61,360 nt of DNA, from NCBI GenBank assembly GCA_016867635.1, contig VGJC01000001.1, positions 1-61,360 on the forward strand, given 5' to 3'. The notes under the pieces are model-generated. The model made no database searches and was not told where the DNA came from. It was given only the letters and a program-made list of their open reading frames with translations. Of this stretch, positions 46,055 to 54,493 are shown piece by piece. Positions within the stretch are counted from its first letter, which is position 1. The number at the start of each line of letters is the position of its first letter. The translations under genes were made by a program, and so were the position numbers. The DNA comes from Candidatus Aminicenantes bacterium (GTDB taxonomy: Bacteria > Acidobacteriota > Aminicenantia > Aminicenantales > Saccharicenantaceae).

Positions 46055-47077
46055 GTGGACAGGACGAAATTCATCAAGCTCGGCGTGGGCGTCATCGTTC
46101 TGTTCCTCCTCGGGGTCTTCCTGAAGCTGGCCAAGCCCGTTCTCATCCCCTTCAGCATGGCCCTCCTGCTGGCCTTCGCCGTCTCCCCGATCCTCGATTT
46201 CCTGGTCCGCCGCAGGATCCCCAAGCCCGTGGCCCTGGCCGTCGTCCTTCTGCTGGCCTTTGTGGTCCTCTACCTGATGGGGACCGTCTTCTACACGAGC
46301 GGCAAGTCGTTCGCCGCCGAAGTTCCCTCCTACCACGACCTGGTGCAATCGTTCCTGGCGGGCATCGAAGAGAGCGTCCAGAACGAGCGCCTCAGGCTTG
46401 GGCTCATGGAGTGGGTCCGGGCCCTGAACGTCGAGAGGGTCGGGCCCGTCGTCCTCTCGGCGCTCGGCCCGTTCCTGTCCTTCATGTCCCAGCTGATGCT
46501 CGTGTTCGTCTTCTTGACCTTCATCCTGGCCGGCCGGGGCCGGATGGAGAAAAAGATCGCCCAGGCGTTCTCCCCCGACCAGGCCTCGACGCTGACCCGG
46601 ACCGTGGCCTGGATCAACTGCGAGATCCAGAAATACCTGGCCGTCAAGACCCTCATCAACCTCGGCATCGGGGCCCTCACGGCGGGCGTCCTGGCCTTGT
46701 TCGGGATCCCGTTCGCCGTCCTCTTCGGCGTTCTGGCCCTCCTCCTCAACTACGTCCCGACCCTCGGGGCCGTCATCGCCGTCGCCCTGCCCGTGCTGAT
46801 GGCCGCTTTTATAGCCGGCGCGTTCGGCCCGACCGTCTGGGCCGTCGCGGGCCTCCTGGCCGGGATCCATGTGGTCCTGAACGGCGTCCTCGAGCCGCGG
46901 CTGATGGGCAGGGAATTGAACCTGCCGCCCCTCCTTGTCCTCTTCTCCCTGTTCTTCTGGGCCTGGCTGTGGGGCGTGCCCGGCATGATCTTGGCCGTCC
47001 CCATCCTGGCGATCCTCAAGATCGTTTTCGCCAATGTCCCGTCCTTGAACTTCCTCGAAGCGATGATGGACAAGTAG
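46055..47077 (+). CDS. AI-2E family transporter (PerM/UPF0118 permease)
   Basis: 340 aa with several TM helices, a GTG start with GGAGGAAGGAG upstream, and C-terminal ...FWAWLWGVPGMILAVPI.... Confidence 0.75.
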   Translation: MDRTKFIKLGVGVIVLFLLGVFLKLAKPVLIPFSMALLLAFAVSPILDFLVRRRIPKPVALAVVLLLAFVVLYLMGTVFYTSGKSFAAEVPSYHDLVQSFLAGIEESVQNERLRLGLMEWVRALNVERVGPVVLSALGPFLSFMSQLMLVFVFLTFILAGRGRMEKKIAQAFSPDQASTLTRTVAWINCEIQKYLAVKTLINLGIGALTAGVLALFGIPFAVLFGVLALLLNYVPTLGAVIAVALPVLMAAFIAGAFGPTVWAVAGLLAGIHVVLNGVLEPRLMGRELNLPPLLVLFSLFFWAWLWGVPGMILAVPILAILKIVFANVPSLNFLEAMMDK

Positions 47078-47089
47078 GGGGGAGGGGGC

Positions 47090-47512
47090 TCAGTCGAGGC
47101 CGAGGGAGGCCAGGAACTGCTCGAGCCGGCGTTCGATCATGCCGGCCGTCTCCTTGTAGGCGTCGTAGCCCGATCCCAGAGGATCTTCGATATCCCACCC
47201 GTAGAGCTTGGGGACAGGCACGCCCCAGATGTCCCGGAGATGGTTGTAGATGGAGATGTCCATGGCCACGACGTGGTCGAAGGACTTGATGTCGTAGACG
47301 CCCACCGGCCGGGCCACGTGGCCCGAGATGTCCGTTTGATAGACGAGCCGCATGACCAGGACGGCCTCCACGGAAGCCGGGCCGCCCGTGGCGGCGATGC
47401 CCGCGCTGGCCGCTTCCGCTCTCGACCCGAGCCGCCGCCGGGCGATGCCTTCGGCCATGGGGCTGCGGCAGATGTTGCCGTAGCACACGAAGAGAATGCG
47501 CGTTTTCTTCAT
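47090..47512 (-). CDS. Low-molecular-weight protein tyrosine phosphatase family
   Basis: 140 aa. ILFVCYGNICRSPMAEG is the CX5R(S) P-loop, and a DP motif is present (IEDPLG). The start overlaps the kinase stop (ATGA at 47509-47512). Confidence 0.85.
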   Translation of the reverse strand: MKKTRILFVCYGNICRSPMAEGIARRRLGSRAEAASAGIAATGGPASVEAVLVMRLVYQTDISGHVARPVGVYDIKSFDHVVAMDISIYNHLRDIWGVPVPKLYGWDIEDPLGSGYDAYKETAGMIERRLEQFLASLGLD

Positions 47513-49503
47513 TCGCGCCCGGCGCCGGCGCTTTCGAGGGCCACTTCCTTCGCTTTTTCGAACAGGAAGGCGGCCAGGATGAACCGCTCCGCGGCGCGCA
47601 TGTAGTTCTTCTCCCGGGCCAGCTCCGCGGCGCCGGTCTCGTCCTCGACGGCCCGGTCGAACAGCCAGGCCTCCTTGGACGGCGCCTGGGCCGCCTCGGC
47701 CTCTTTCCGGAGAGAGGCGGCCAGGGCCCGAAGCGCCTCGAGGCTCCGCTCCTCGTCCTCGACCCGCAGGCTCAAGAGATAGACCTTTTCCAAGATCGAA
47801 TAGAGGATCCGGGCGCCGGAGAAATCGTTCTTGGCGAAGGCGTCGTCGGCGTCCTTCTCCTTTTCACCGGCGATCCACGTCAGGAGATTCGGCCGGTCCC
47901 AGCGGCCCGCTCCGACGATCTTCTGCTTGGCGGCCTCCATGCCCTTGAGCGAGGCTTCCGCCCCGTCCCGTTCGCTGACCTGGGCCAGCATCTTGCGCAT
48001 CTCCGACTCGCCCCGGCCGAAGCTCCGGCGCGAGGCCTCGGCGTCGCCGGCCTCGCCCAGCTTCTTGCCTTCTTGGATCCTCCGCTCGATGTTGTCCAGG
48101 AAACCTGAGAAGGCCGCCGCCTCGGCCGGGTGCTTCTCCTTGATCGCCGCCAGAGCCTTCTCAAGCTCCAGGGCGTCCTTTTCGCTCAAGTACTTCTTCG
48201 GGTCCTTGAGGAAGGGGCCGAGATAGGCCAGGATCTTCGAGGAGTCCAGGGACTTGACGGAGACGGATCGCGGGGCCTCCGGGCCGCCCGGCGGCGGGAC
48301 GGAAAGCCCTTCCCTCCCCCCGGGCGGCCGGGTCCGCCTCTCGGCAATGGATGGCGCCCCACCCGACTTGAAGGCCGCTCCGGTCCCGTCGACCTTCGGC
48401 TTCGGGCCTTGGAGCAAGGCGATCGATCCGGCCACGGCCAGGGCCGCGACGATCAGCCCGGGGATCAGGACCTTCTTCAAGTTGAACTTGACGGTGATCT
48501 CGCGGCTCGTGATGGGCTTGCGCGCCGGCAGGGCCCGCTGCGCCGTGGGCAGTCCCTTCTCGATCCGGCCCAGGTCCTCCAGGAGGTCCAAGGCCGTTTG
48601 ATAGCGCCGGTCCCTGGATTTTTCGAGGCACCGGAGAATGACCCCGCTGAGGGCCGGCGAGATCTGGGCGTTCAGGGTCTTGGGGTCGGCCGGCGGCTCG
48701 CTCTTGTGCTTGAGGACGATGCTCAGGGGGGTCTCGCCCTCGAAGGGCAGACGGCCGGTGACCATCTCGAAGAGAATGGCCCCCAGCGCGTAGATGTCGA
48801 CCCGGTGGTCGACGTCCTTGGCGTCGGCCTGCTCCGGGGCCATGTACTCGGGGGTCCCGATGATGACCCCGGAGCCCGTCGCTCCCCGGGTGTGCAGGGA
48901 GCGGGCGATGCCGAAATCCATGATCTTGGCGTTGCCCTCGCGGTCGATCATGACGTTCTGGGGCTTGAGGTCGCGGTGGACGACCCCCATGCGGTGGGCC
49001 TCGGCCAGTCCCTCCGCGATCTGCCGGGCCAGGGCGAGGGCTTTGGCCTCGTTGAGGTGACCGGAGCGGCGGATGAAGCTCTTGAGGTCCTCGCCGGGGA
49101 CGTACTCCATGGAGATGTAGATCGACAGCCACTCCTCGTCGAGGTCGTACATCCGGCAGACGTAGCGGTGGGCGACCTTGCGGGCCAGCTTGATCTCGTT
49201 CCGGAAGCGCTCGATGACCTCGAGATCGGAGGCGATCTCCGGCTTCAGGAGCTTGATGGCCACGGCCTCCCGGATCTTGCTGTCGTAGGCCTTGTAGACC
49301 GTGCCCATGCCGCCCTTGCCGATCTCCTCGATGATCTCGAACCTCCGGGCGAACGTCGTCCCCCGTTGGAGCCCCCGGGTCGGGGTCTGGAAGGTCCGCG
49401 TCCCCGACGAGGTCTTCTCTCCCGAGCCCGGCAGCTCGCGCCCGCAGCGGCCGCAGAAGCGGGTGTCCTCAGGGTTCTCGTGGGAGCATCGGGGGCATTT
49501 CAT
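47509..49503 (-). CDS. Hanks-type Ser/Thr protein kinase with an N-terminal zinc ribbon, one TM helix and a helical extracytoplasmic domain
   Basis: 664 aa. MKCPRCSHENPEDTRFCGRCG; kinase motifs GKGGMGTVYKA, AIK, HRDLKPQN, DFG, GTPEYMAPE; TM helix LIPGLIVAALAVAGSIALL. Confidence 0.9.
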   Translation of the reverse strand: MKCPRCSHENPEDTRFCGRCGRELPGSGEKTSSGTRTFQTPTRGLQRGTTFARRFEIIEEIGKGGMGTVYKAYDSKIREAVAIKLLKPEIASDLEVIERFRNEIKLARKVAHRYVCRMYDLDEEWLSIYISMEYVPGEDLKSFIRRSGHLNEAKALALARQIAEGLAEAHRMGVVHRDLKPQNVMIDREGNAKIMDFGIARSLHTRGATGSGVIIGTPEYMAPEQADAKDVDHRVDIYALGAILFEMVTGRLPFEGETPLSIVLKHKSEPPADPKTLNAQISPALSGVILRCLEKSRDRRYQTALDLLEDLGRIEKGLPTAQRALPARKPITSREITVKFNLKKVLIPGLIVAALAVAGSIALLQGPKPKVDGTGAAFKSGGAPSIAERRTRPPGGREGLSVPPPGGPEAPRSVSVKSLDSSKILAYLGPFLKDPKKYLSEKDALELEKALAAIKEKHPAEAAAFSGFLDNIERRIQEGKKLGEAGDAEASRRSFGRGESEMRKMLAQVSERDGAEASLKGMEAAKQKIVGAGRWDRPNLLTWIAGEKEKDADDAFAKNDFSGARILYSILEKVYLLSLRVEDEERSLEALRALAASLRKEAEAAQAPSKEAWLFDRAVEDETGAAELAREKNYMRAAERFILAAFLFEKAKEVALESAGAGRE

Positions 49504-49518
49504 CGGATGTCTACACCA

Positions 49519-49547
49519 AGAATATCAATTCGAGTTCGAAATATCAA
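49519..49547 (-). promoter_or_regulatory. Possible sigma-70 promoter for the kinase-phosphatase pair (TTGATA-17-TATTCT)
   Basis: The reverse complement of 49542-49547 is TTGATA and that of 49519-49524 is TATTCT, with a 17-nt spacer. It lies in an AT-rich island 16 nt upstream of the kinase ATG. Confidence 0.4.
49521..49547. repeat. Direct repeat AATATCAA-N11-AATATCAA
   Basis: Exact 8-mers at 49521-49528 and 49540-49547, overlapping the putative -10 and -35 elements of the kinase promoter. Confidence 0.9.
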
Positions 49548-49583
49548 ACCCACTACCGGGGAGATGCCGTCACGCCTTTCGAT

Positions 49584-50546
49584 TCACGGGTCCGGCCACA
49601 GCTTGCGGGGGTAGGCGCCCCGCTCGATGAGGTCAAGAACGGCGGCCTCGAACGCGGGCCGGTCCTCGGGGTAGGTGACGCCGAACCACCGTTCCCGGGT
49701 CGGCAGGACCTTGACCCGGGCCCGGCCCTCGCGCACGAGCTCCCCGACGACCTCGGGGATGAGGAACTCCGCCTTAAGGTCGGAGGAGGCGGCCGACTCG
49801 AGGAACCGGGGGAACCGGGCTTCGAGCTCGGCGAACAGGCTCGGGGCGAACCCCCAGCAATTCATGGACGTCCAGCTCTCTCCGTCCAGGGGGGCCCAGT
49901 CGACGCCGTTCTCCGTGTGCCTGACGCCTTCGGGGAACTTCCGGACCTTGAACAGCTCGCGGATGCCGACGAGATAGCCGTCCTCCGTGGCCGTGCAGAC
50001 GCCGCGGGCGACGTGGCCGTGCTCCGAGAGGGTGTTGGCCAGCCGGTAGCCGACCATGGCGTATTCATGGACCCTGCCCGCCGCGGGGATCCGCCGCAGG
50101 TAGCCGGTCATGGCCTCGAAGGCCGTCCGGCCGTAGAAATCGTCGGCGTTGATGGCCATGAAAGGGGTTCGGACGGCCTCCTTGCAGGCCAGGATGGCCT
50201 GGGCCGTGCCCCAGGGCTTGGTCCGCCCTTCCGGCACACGGAATCCCGCCGGCACTTGGTCGAGCGATTGGAAGACGTAGGCCGTATCCGCGAGCCGCTC
50301 GACCTGCCGGCCGATCCTGTCCCGGAAGGCCCCCTCGAAATCCTTCCGGATGATGAAGACGACGCGGTCGAAGCCGGCCCGGAGGGCGTCGTAGACCGAG
50401 TAATGCATGACGATCTCGCCGCCGGGCCCGACCGGGTCGATCTGCTTGAGGCCGCCGTACCGGCTGCCGATCCCGGCGGCCATGACCACCAATGTCAGAG
50501 AAGGCACGGGCATCCTCCCTTCGATCGCTTTTCCCTGGTCCCCCAT
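49584..50546 (-). CDS. Sugar-phosphate nucleotidyltransferase (NTP_transferase family)
   Basis: 320 aa. ...LVVMAAGIGSRYGGLKQ... is the GxGxR nucleotide-binding motif. The start is uncertain (50546, or the internal Met at 50513). Confidence 0.7.
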   Translation of the reverse strand: MGDQGKAIEGRMPVPSLTLVVMAAGIGSRYGGLKQIDPVGPGGEIVMHYSVYDALRAGFDRVVFIIRKDFEGAFRDRIGRQVERLADTAYVFQSLDQVPAGFRVPEGRTKPWGTAQAILACKEAVRTPFMAINADDFYGRTAFEAMTGYLRRIPAAGRVHEYAMVGYRLANTLSEHGHVARGVCTATEDGYLVGIRELFKVRKFPEGVRHTENGVDWAPLDGESWTSMNCWGFAPSLFAELEARFPRFLESAASSDLKAEFLIPEVVGELVREGRARVKVLPTRERWFGVTYPEDRPAFEAAVLDLIERGAYPRKLWPDP

Positions 50547-50605
50547 CTTAATCCAGGGGCCCGATGGAGGTCAACGGCCGGGCCCGAATTCGCCGGTCCC
50601 CCCGC

Positions 50606-50634
50606 TTTACTTGTCCCGCTCTATCTTATATCAT
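50606..50634 (+). promoter_or_regulatory. Possible promoter for hslVU (TTTACT-17-TATCAT)
   Basis: TTTACT at 50606-50611, a 17-nt spacer and TATCAT at 50629-50634, in an AT-rich patch. The match is weak. If it is real, the first ATG (50647) would be nearly leaderless, and ATG 50665 (GAAGGTGAG upstream) is the more likely start. Confidence 0.3.
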
Positions 50635-50646
50635 TGAAACGGAACA

Positions 50647-51192
50647 ATGACCGAAGGTGAGCCCATGATCCGCTCGACGACCGTCATCTGCGTCCGCCGC
50701 GGAGGGCGGGTGGCCATGGCCGGCGACGGCCAGGTGTCCATGGGCCAGACCGTCCTCAAGCGCAAGGCCCGAAAGCTCCGCAGGCTGGCCAAGGGGAGCG
50801 TCCTGGCCGGGTTCGCCGGGGCGACCTCGGACGCCTTCGCCCTGTTCACGCGGTTCGAGGCCAAGCTCGAGGAATACCGCGGCAATTTGTCGCGGGCGGC
50901 CATCGAGCTGGCCAAGGACTGGCGCCTCGAGAAATCCCTCCGCCAGCTGGACGCCCTGCTCGTCGTGGCCGATGCCGAGAGCACCTTCCTCATCTCCGGC
51001 ACCGGGGACGTCGTCGAGCCCGACGACGGCGTCATCGCCGTCGGCTCCGGAGGGCCCTACGCCCTGGCCGCCGCCCGGGCCCTGATGGCCCACACGGACC
51101 TGCCGGCGAGGACGATCGCCGAGGAGGCCCTGAAGACGAGCGCCGGCATCTGCGTCTACACCAACCTCGAGATCACCGTGGAGGAGCTCTGA
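50647..51192 (+). CDS. hslV: ATP-dependent protease subunit HslV
   Basis: 181 aa. ...[21 protein letters not shown]...[10 protein letters not shown]...GSGGPYA.... An alternative start lies at 50665. Confidence 0.95.
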   Translation: MTEGEPMIRSTTVICVRRGGRVAMAGDGQVSMGQTVLKRKARKLRRLAKGSVLAGFAGATSDAFALFTRFEAKLEEYRGNLSRAAIELAKDWRLEKSLRQLDALLVVADAESTFLISGTGDVVEPDDGVIAVGSGGPYALAAARALMAHTDLPARTIAEEALKTSAGICVYTNLEITVEEL

Positions 51193-52584
51193 ATGCCCAT
51201 CTCCCTGCCCGAGAGCCTGGAGTCCCCGCCGGCCGAAACGCCGGCCGCGGAGCTCACCCCCCAGGAGATCGTGGCCGAGCTCGACAAATACATCATCGGC
51301 CAGAAGGCGGCCAAGAAGGCCGTGGCCATCGCTCTCCGGAACCGCTTCCGCCGCCGCAAGCTGCCCCCCGACCTGGCCGACGAGATCGCGCCCAAGAACA
51401 TCCTGATGATCGGCCCGACCGGGGTCGGCAAGACCGAGATCTCCCGGCGGCTGGCCCGGCTGACCTCCTCGCCCTTCCTCAAGATCGAGGCCAGCAAGTT
51501 CACCGAGGTCGGCTATGTCGGCCGCGACGTGGAGTCCATGATCCGCGACCTCGTCCGCATCTCGGTGGACCTGGTCAAGCAGGAGAAGGTCTCCGAGATC
51601 GAGGAAAAGGCCCAGGCCGCGGTCGTCGAGAGGCTCCTGGACATCCTGCTCCCGCCCCTGCGGAAAAAGGACGACGCGTCGGGCGCCGAGGAGGACGACA
51701 GGTTCCGCGACACCCGCGAGAAGCTGAGGGCCCAGCTCGCCGCCGGGCTGCTCGACGAGCGCCTCATCGAGGTCGAGGTCAAGGAGAAGACGACGCCGCC
51801 TTTCGAGGTCATCTCCAACTCGGGCGTCGAGGAGATCGGGTTCCAGATCCAGGAGCTCCTGCCCGGGTTCCTGGGCGGCCGCTCCAAGCGCCGGCGGGTC
51901 AAGATCAAGGAAGCCCGCGAGCTGCTGCTCGAAGAGGAGGAAAAGCGACTGGTCGACATGGACCAGGTCTCGAGACTGGCCATCGACCGCGTCGAGCAGT
52001 CGGGCATCATCTTCCTGGACGAGGTCGACAAGATCGCCGGCCGGGAATCCGGGCACGGCCCCGACGTCAGCCGCGAGGGCGTCCAGCGCGACCTCCTGCC
52101 GATCATCGAGGGGACGACCGTCAACACCCGGTTCGGCCTGGTCCGGACCGATCACATCCTGTTCATCGGCGCCGGCGCCTTCCATGTCTCCAAGCCCGCC
52201 GACCTCATCCCCGAGCTCCAGGGCCGGTTCCCGATACGGGTCGAGCTCACATCGCTCGGCAAGAACGACTTCGTCCGCATCCTGACGGAGCCCGAGAACG
52301 CCCTGATCCGGCAATACGAGGCTCTCATGGGCACGGAGGACGTCCGGGTCGATTTCACGTCCGACGCCGTCGACGAGATCGCCGAGGTCGCCGAGAAGGT
52401 CAACGCCGAGGCCGAGAACATCGGGGCCCGCCGTCTCCACACGGTCATGGAGAAGGTCATGGAGGAGATCTCCTTCGAGGCCCCGACGGTCGTCGATAAG
52501 TCCCTCCGGATCGACAGGGAATACGTCCGGAACCAGCTGAAAGACGTTCTCGAGAGCCAGGACCTGAGGCGCTTCATCCTCTGA
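51193..52584 (+). CDS. hslU: ATP-dependent protease ATPase subunit HslU
   Basis: 463 aa. ...[22 protein letters not shown]...[15 protein letters not shown]...[10 protein letters not shown].... Confidence 0.95.
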   Translation: MPISLPESLESPPAETPAAELTPQEIVAELDKYIIGQKAAKKAVAIALRNRFRRRKLPPDLADEIAPKNILMIGPTGVGKTEISRRLARLTSSPFLKIEASKFTEVGYVGRDVESMIRDLVRISVDLVKQEKVSEIEEKAQAAVVERLLDILLPPLRKKDDASGAEEDDRFRDTREKLRAQLAAGLLDERLIEVEVKEKTTPPFEVISNSGVEEIGFQIQELLPGFLGGRSKRRRVKIKEARELLLEEEEKRLVDMDQVSRLAIDRVEQSGIIFLDEVDKIAGRESGHGPDVSREGVQRDLLPIIEGTTVNTRFGLVRTDHILFIGAGAFHVSKPADLIPELQGRFPIRVELTSLGKNDFVRILTEPENALIRQYEALMGTEDVRVDFTSDAVDEIAEVAEKVNAEAENIGARRLHTVMEKVMEEISFEAPTVVDKSLRIDREYVRNQLKDVLESQDLRRFIL

Positions 52585-53075
52585 TGACAAGACCGGTCGG
52601 AACGCTCATCCTCGGGTTGTCCCTCCTCGCCGGCCCCGGGTGCGGGCGGAAAGGGCCCCTCGAGCTCCCCCCGGGCCGCGAGCCCGCGCCCGCCGAGCGG
52701 GTCACGGCGGCCTTCGAGAACGGGGCCGTGGTCCTCACCTGGGCCAATCCCGTCAAGGCCGTCTCGGGCAAGCCTGTCGGGCCTCTCGAGGCCATCGAGA
52801 TCTGGGTCCTCGAGGGGGCCGGGCCCGCCGCGGGGACGGCCCCGGCGCCGGCTGAGGTCGAGGCCGAGGCCCGGCTCGCCCTCAGGATAGCCACGGACGG
52901 CCGCGAGGCGACGATGAGCCGGTCCGTGCCCGTCCCCGAGGGCGCCAAGCGCCTGGCGCTCACGGTCCGCGTCCGCGACCGCCGGGGCCGCGTCTCGGCG
53001 TTCTCGCCCTGGGCCGTCGTGGACGTCGCCCGGGCGCCCGGGGGGCCCGCTCCCGCCGAAAGCGAGGGACCGTGA
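52584..53075 (+). CDS. Putative lipoprotein with an LptM/YifL-like N-terminal motif
   Basis: 163 aa. The signal peptide ends in ...LLAGPGCGRKGPLELPP, which resembles the GCG-x-KGPL lipoprotein-attachment motif. The rest is Pro/Ala-rich with a beta-rich core. The gene overlaps hslU by 1 nt and the next gene by 4 nt. Confidence 0.5.
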   Translation: MTRPVGTLILGLSLLAGPGCGRKGPLELPPGREPAPAERVTAAFENGAVVLTWANPVKAVSGKPVGPLEAIEIWVLEGAGPAAGTAPAPAEVEAEARLALRIATDGREATMSRSVPVPEGAKRLALTVRVRDRRGRVSAFSPWAVVDVARAPGGPAPAESEGP

Positions 53076-53839
53076 AGATCTACCGTTTCCGGTACCGGAA
53101 GAGGATCCTCCTCGGGGTCCTCAAGGAGGAGTTCCTCTTTCCCCTCAAGGGCTCGATCTTCGGCGACTTCACGATCGAGGACAGCCCCGTCCCGATCGGC
53201 GACGCGAAGATCCTGCCTCCCGTCATCCCGACCAAGATCATCGGCATCGGGGCCAATTACCGGGGCCACGCCCGGGAGATGGGCCGCCCCCTTCCCGAGG
53301 AGCCGCTGATCTTCATGAAGCCGTCCACCGCCGTCGTCGGCCATCTCGAGGCCATCGTCCCTCCCGACATGGCCGGCCGCGTCGACTACGAAGGGGAGCT
53401 GGCCGTCGTCATCAAGAAGAGAACCCGCTCTCTCCGGGACGAAGACCCCGTGGCCGACCGCATCCTGGGCTGCACCTGTTTCAACGACGTCACCGCCCGG
53501 GACCTGCAGAAGAAGGACGTCCAGTTCACGCGGGCCAAGTCCTTCGACACCTTCGCCGCCGTCGGCCCCTGCGTCGCCACCGACGTCGACCCGGGAGGCC
53601 TGCGCCTCAAGACCTTTCTCAACGGCAAGCTCGTCCAGTCGGGACACACGGCCGATCTGATCTTCCCCGTCCCGTTCCTCGTCCGCTTCCTGTCCCGGAT
53701 CATGACCCTCAACCCGGGCGACATCATCACCACGGGGACCCCCGAAGGCGTCGGGCCCATGGTCCCCGGGGACCGGGTCGACGTCCAGATCGACGGCATC
53801 GGGACACTGTCCAATACGCTCGTGCGTTCGAGATCCTAA
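53072..53839 (+). CDS. Fumarylacetoacetate hydrolase (FAH) family protein
   Basis: 255 aa with a GTG start. ...IGANYRGHA...PLIFMKP...VDYEGELAVVI...ND.TARD.Q......AKSFDTF...GD.I.TGTP.GVG.... Confidence 0.85.
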   Translation: MKIYRFRYRKRILLGVLKEEFLFPLKGSIFGDFTIEDSPVPIGDAKILPPVIPTKIIGIGANYRGHAREMGRPLPEEPLIFMKPSTAVVGHLEAIVPPDMAGRVDYEGELAVVIKKRTRSLRDEDPVADRILGCTCFNDVTARDLQKKDVQFTRAKSFDTFAAVGPCVATDVDPGGLRLKTFLNGKLVQSGHTADLIFPVPFLVRFLSRIMTLNPGDIITTGTPEGVGPMVPGDRVDVQIDGIGTLSNTLVRSRS

Positions 53840-53848
53840 GGAGGTACC

Positions 53849-54493
53849 ATGAAGTTTTTTCTGGACACCGCCAACCTCGAGGAGATCCGCGAGGTCGCGA
53901 GCTGGGGGGTCCTCGACGGGGTGACCACCAACCCTTCCCTGTGCTCCAAGGAGAACATCAAGTTCGAGGACAACATCCGCGAGATCTGCGCCCTCGTCGG
54001 CGGCCCGGTCAGCGCCGAGTGCGTCTCGCTCCGGTCGGAGGAGATCGTGCCCGAAGCCCGGGCCTTGGCCAAGATCGCGTCCAACGTCGCGGTCAAGATC
54101 CCCGTGGGCCTGGAAGGCCTGAAGGCGACCAAGGCCCTGGCCGCGGAGGGCATCTCGGTCAACATGACCCTGGTCTTCTCCGCGAGCCAGGCCCTGCTCG
54201 CGGCCAAGGCCGGGGCCAAGTTCGTCAGCCCGTTCATCGGGCGGCTCGACGACGTCTCGGAGGACGGGATGGCCCTCATCGAGGAGATCGTCCAGGTCTT
54301 CGAGAACTACCGGTTCGGGACCGAGATCATCGTGGCCAGCGTCCGCCACCCCCGGCACGTCGTTGAGGCCGCCCTTCTGGGCGCCGACATCGCGACCGTT
54401 CCCTACGCGGTCATGGAGAAGCTTGTCCGCCACCCGCTCACCGACGCCGGTATCGAGCGCTTCCTGAGCGACTGGAAAAAGGTCAGGAAGTGA
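53849..54493 (+). CDS. tal: Transaldolase, short (type 3B) form
   Basis: 214 aa. [13 protein letters not shown]...GVTTNPSL...VKIP...NMTLVFS...[10 protein letters not shown].... SPF.GR resembles the transaldolase form rather than the APYVNR seen in E. coli fructose-6-phosphate aldolase. Confidence 0.85.
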   Translation: MKFFLDTANLEEIREVASWGVLDGVTTNPSLCSKENIKFEDNIREICALVGGPVSAECVSLRSEEIVPEARALAKIASNVAVKIPVGLEGLKATKALAAEGISVNMTLVFSASQALLAAKAGAKFVSPFIGRLDDVSEDGMALIEEIVQVFENYRFGTEIIVASVRHPRHVVEAALLGADIATVPYAVMEKLVRHPLTDAGIERFLSDWKKVRK

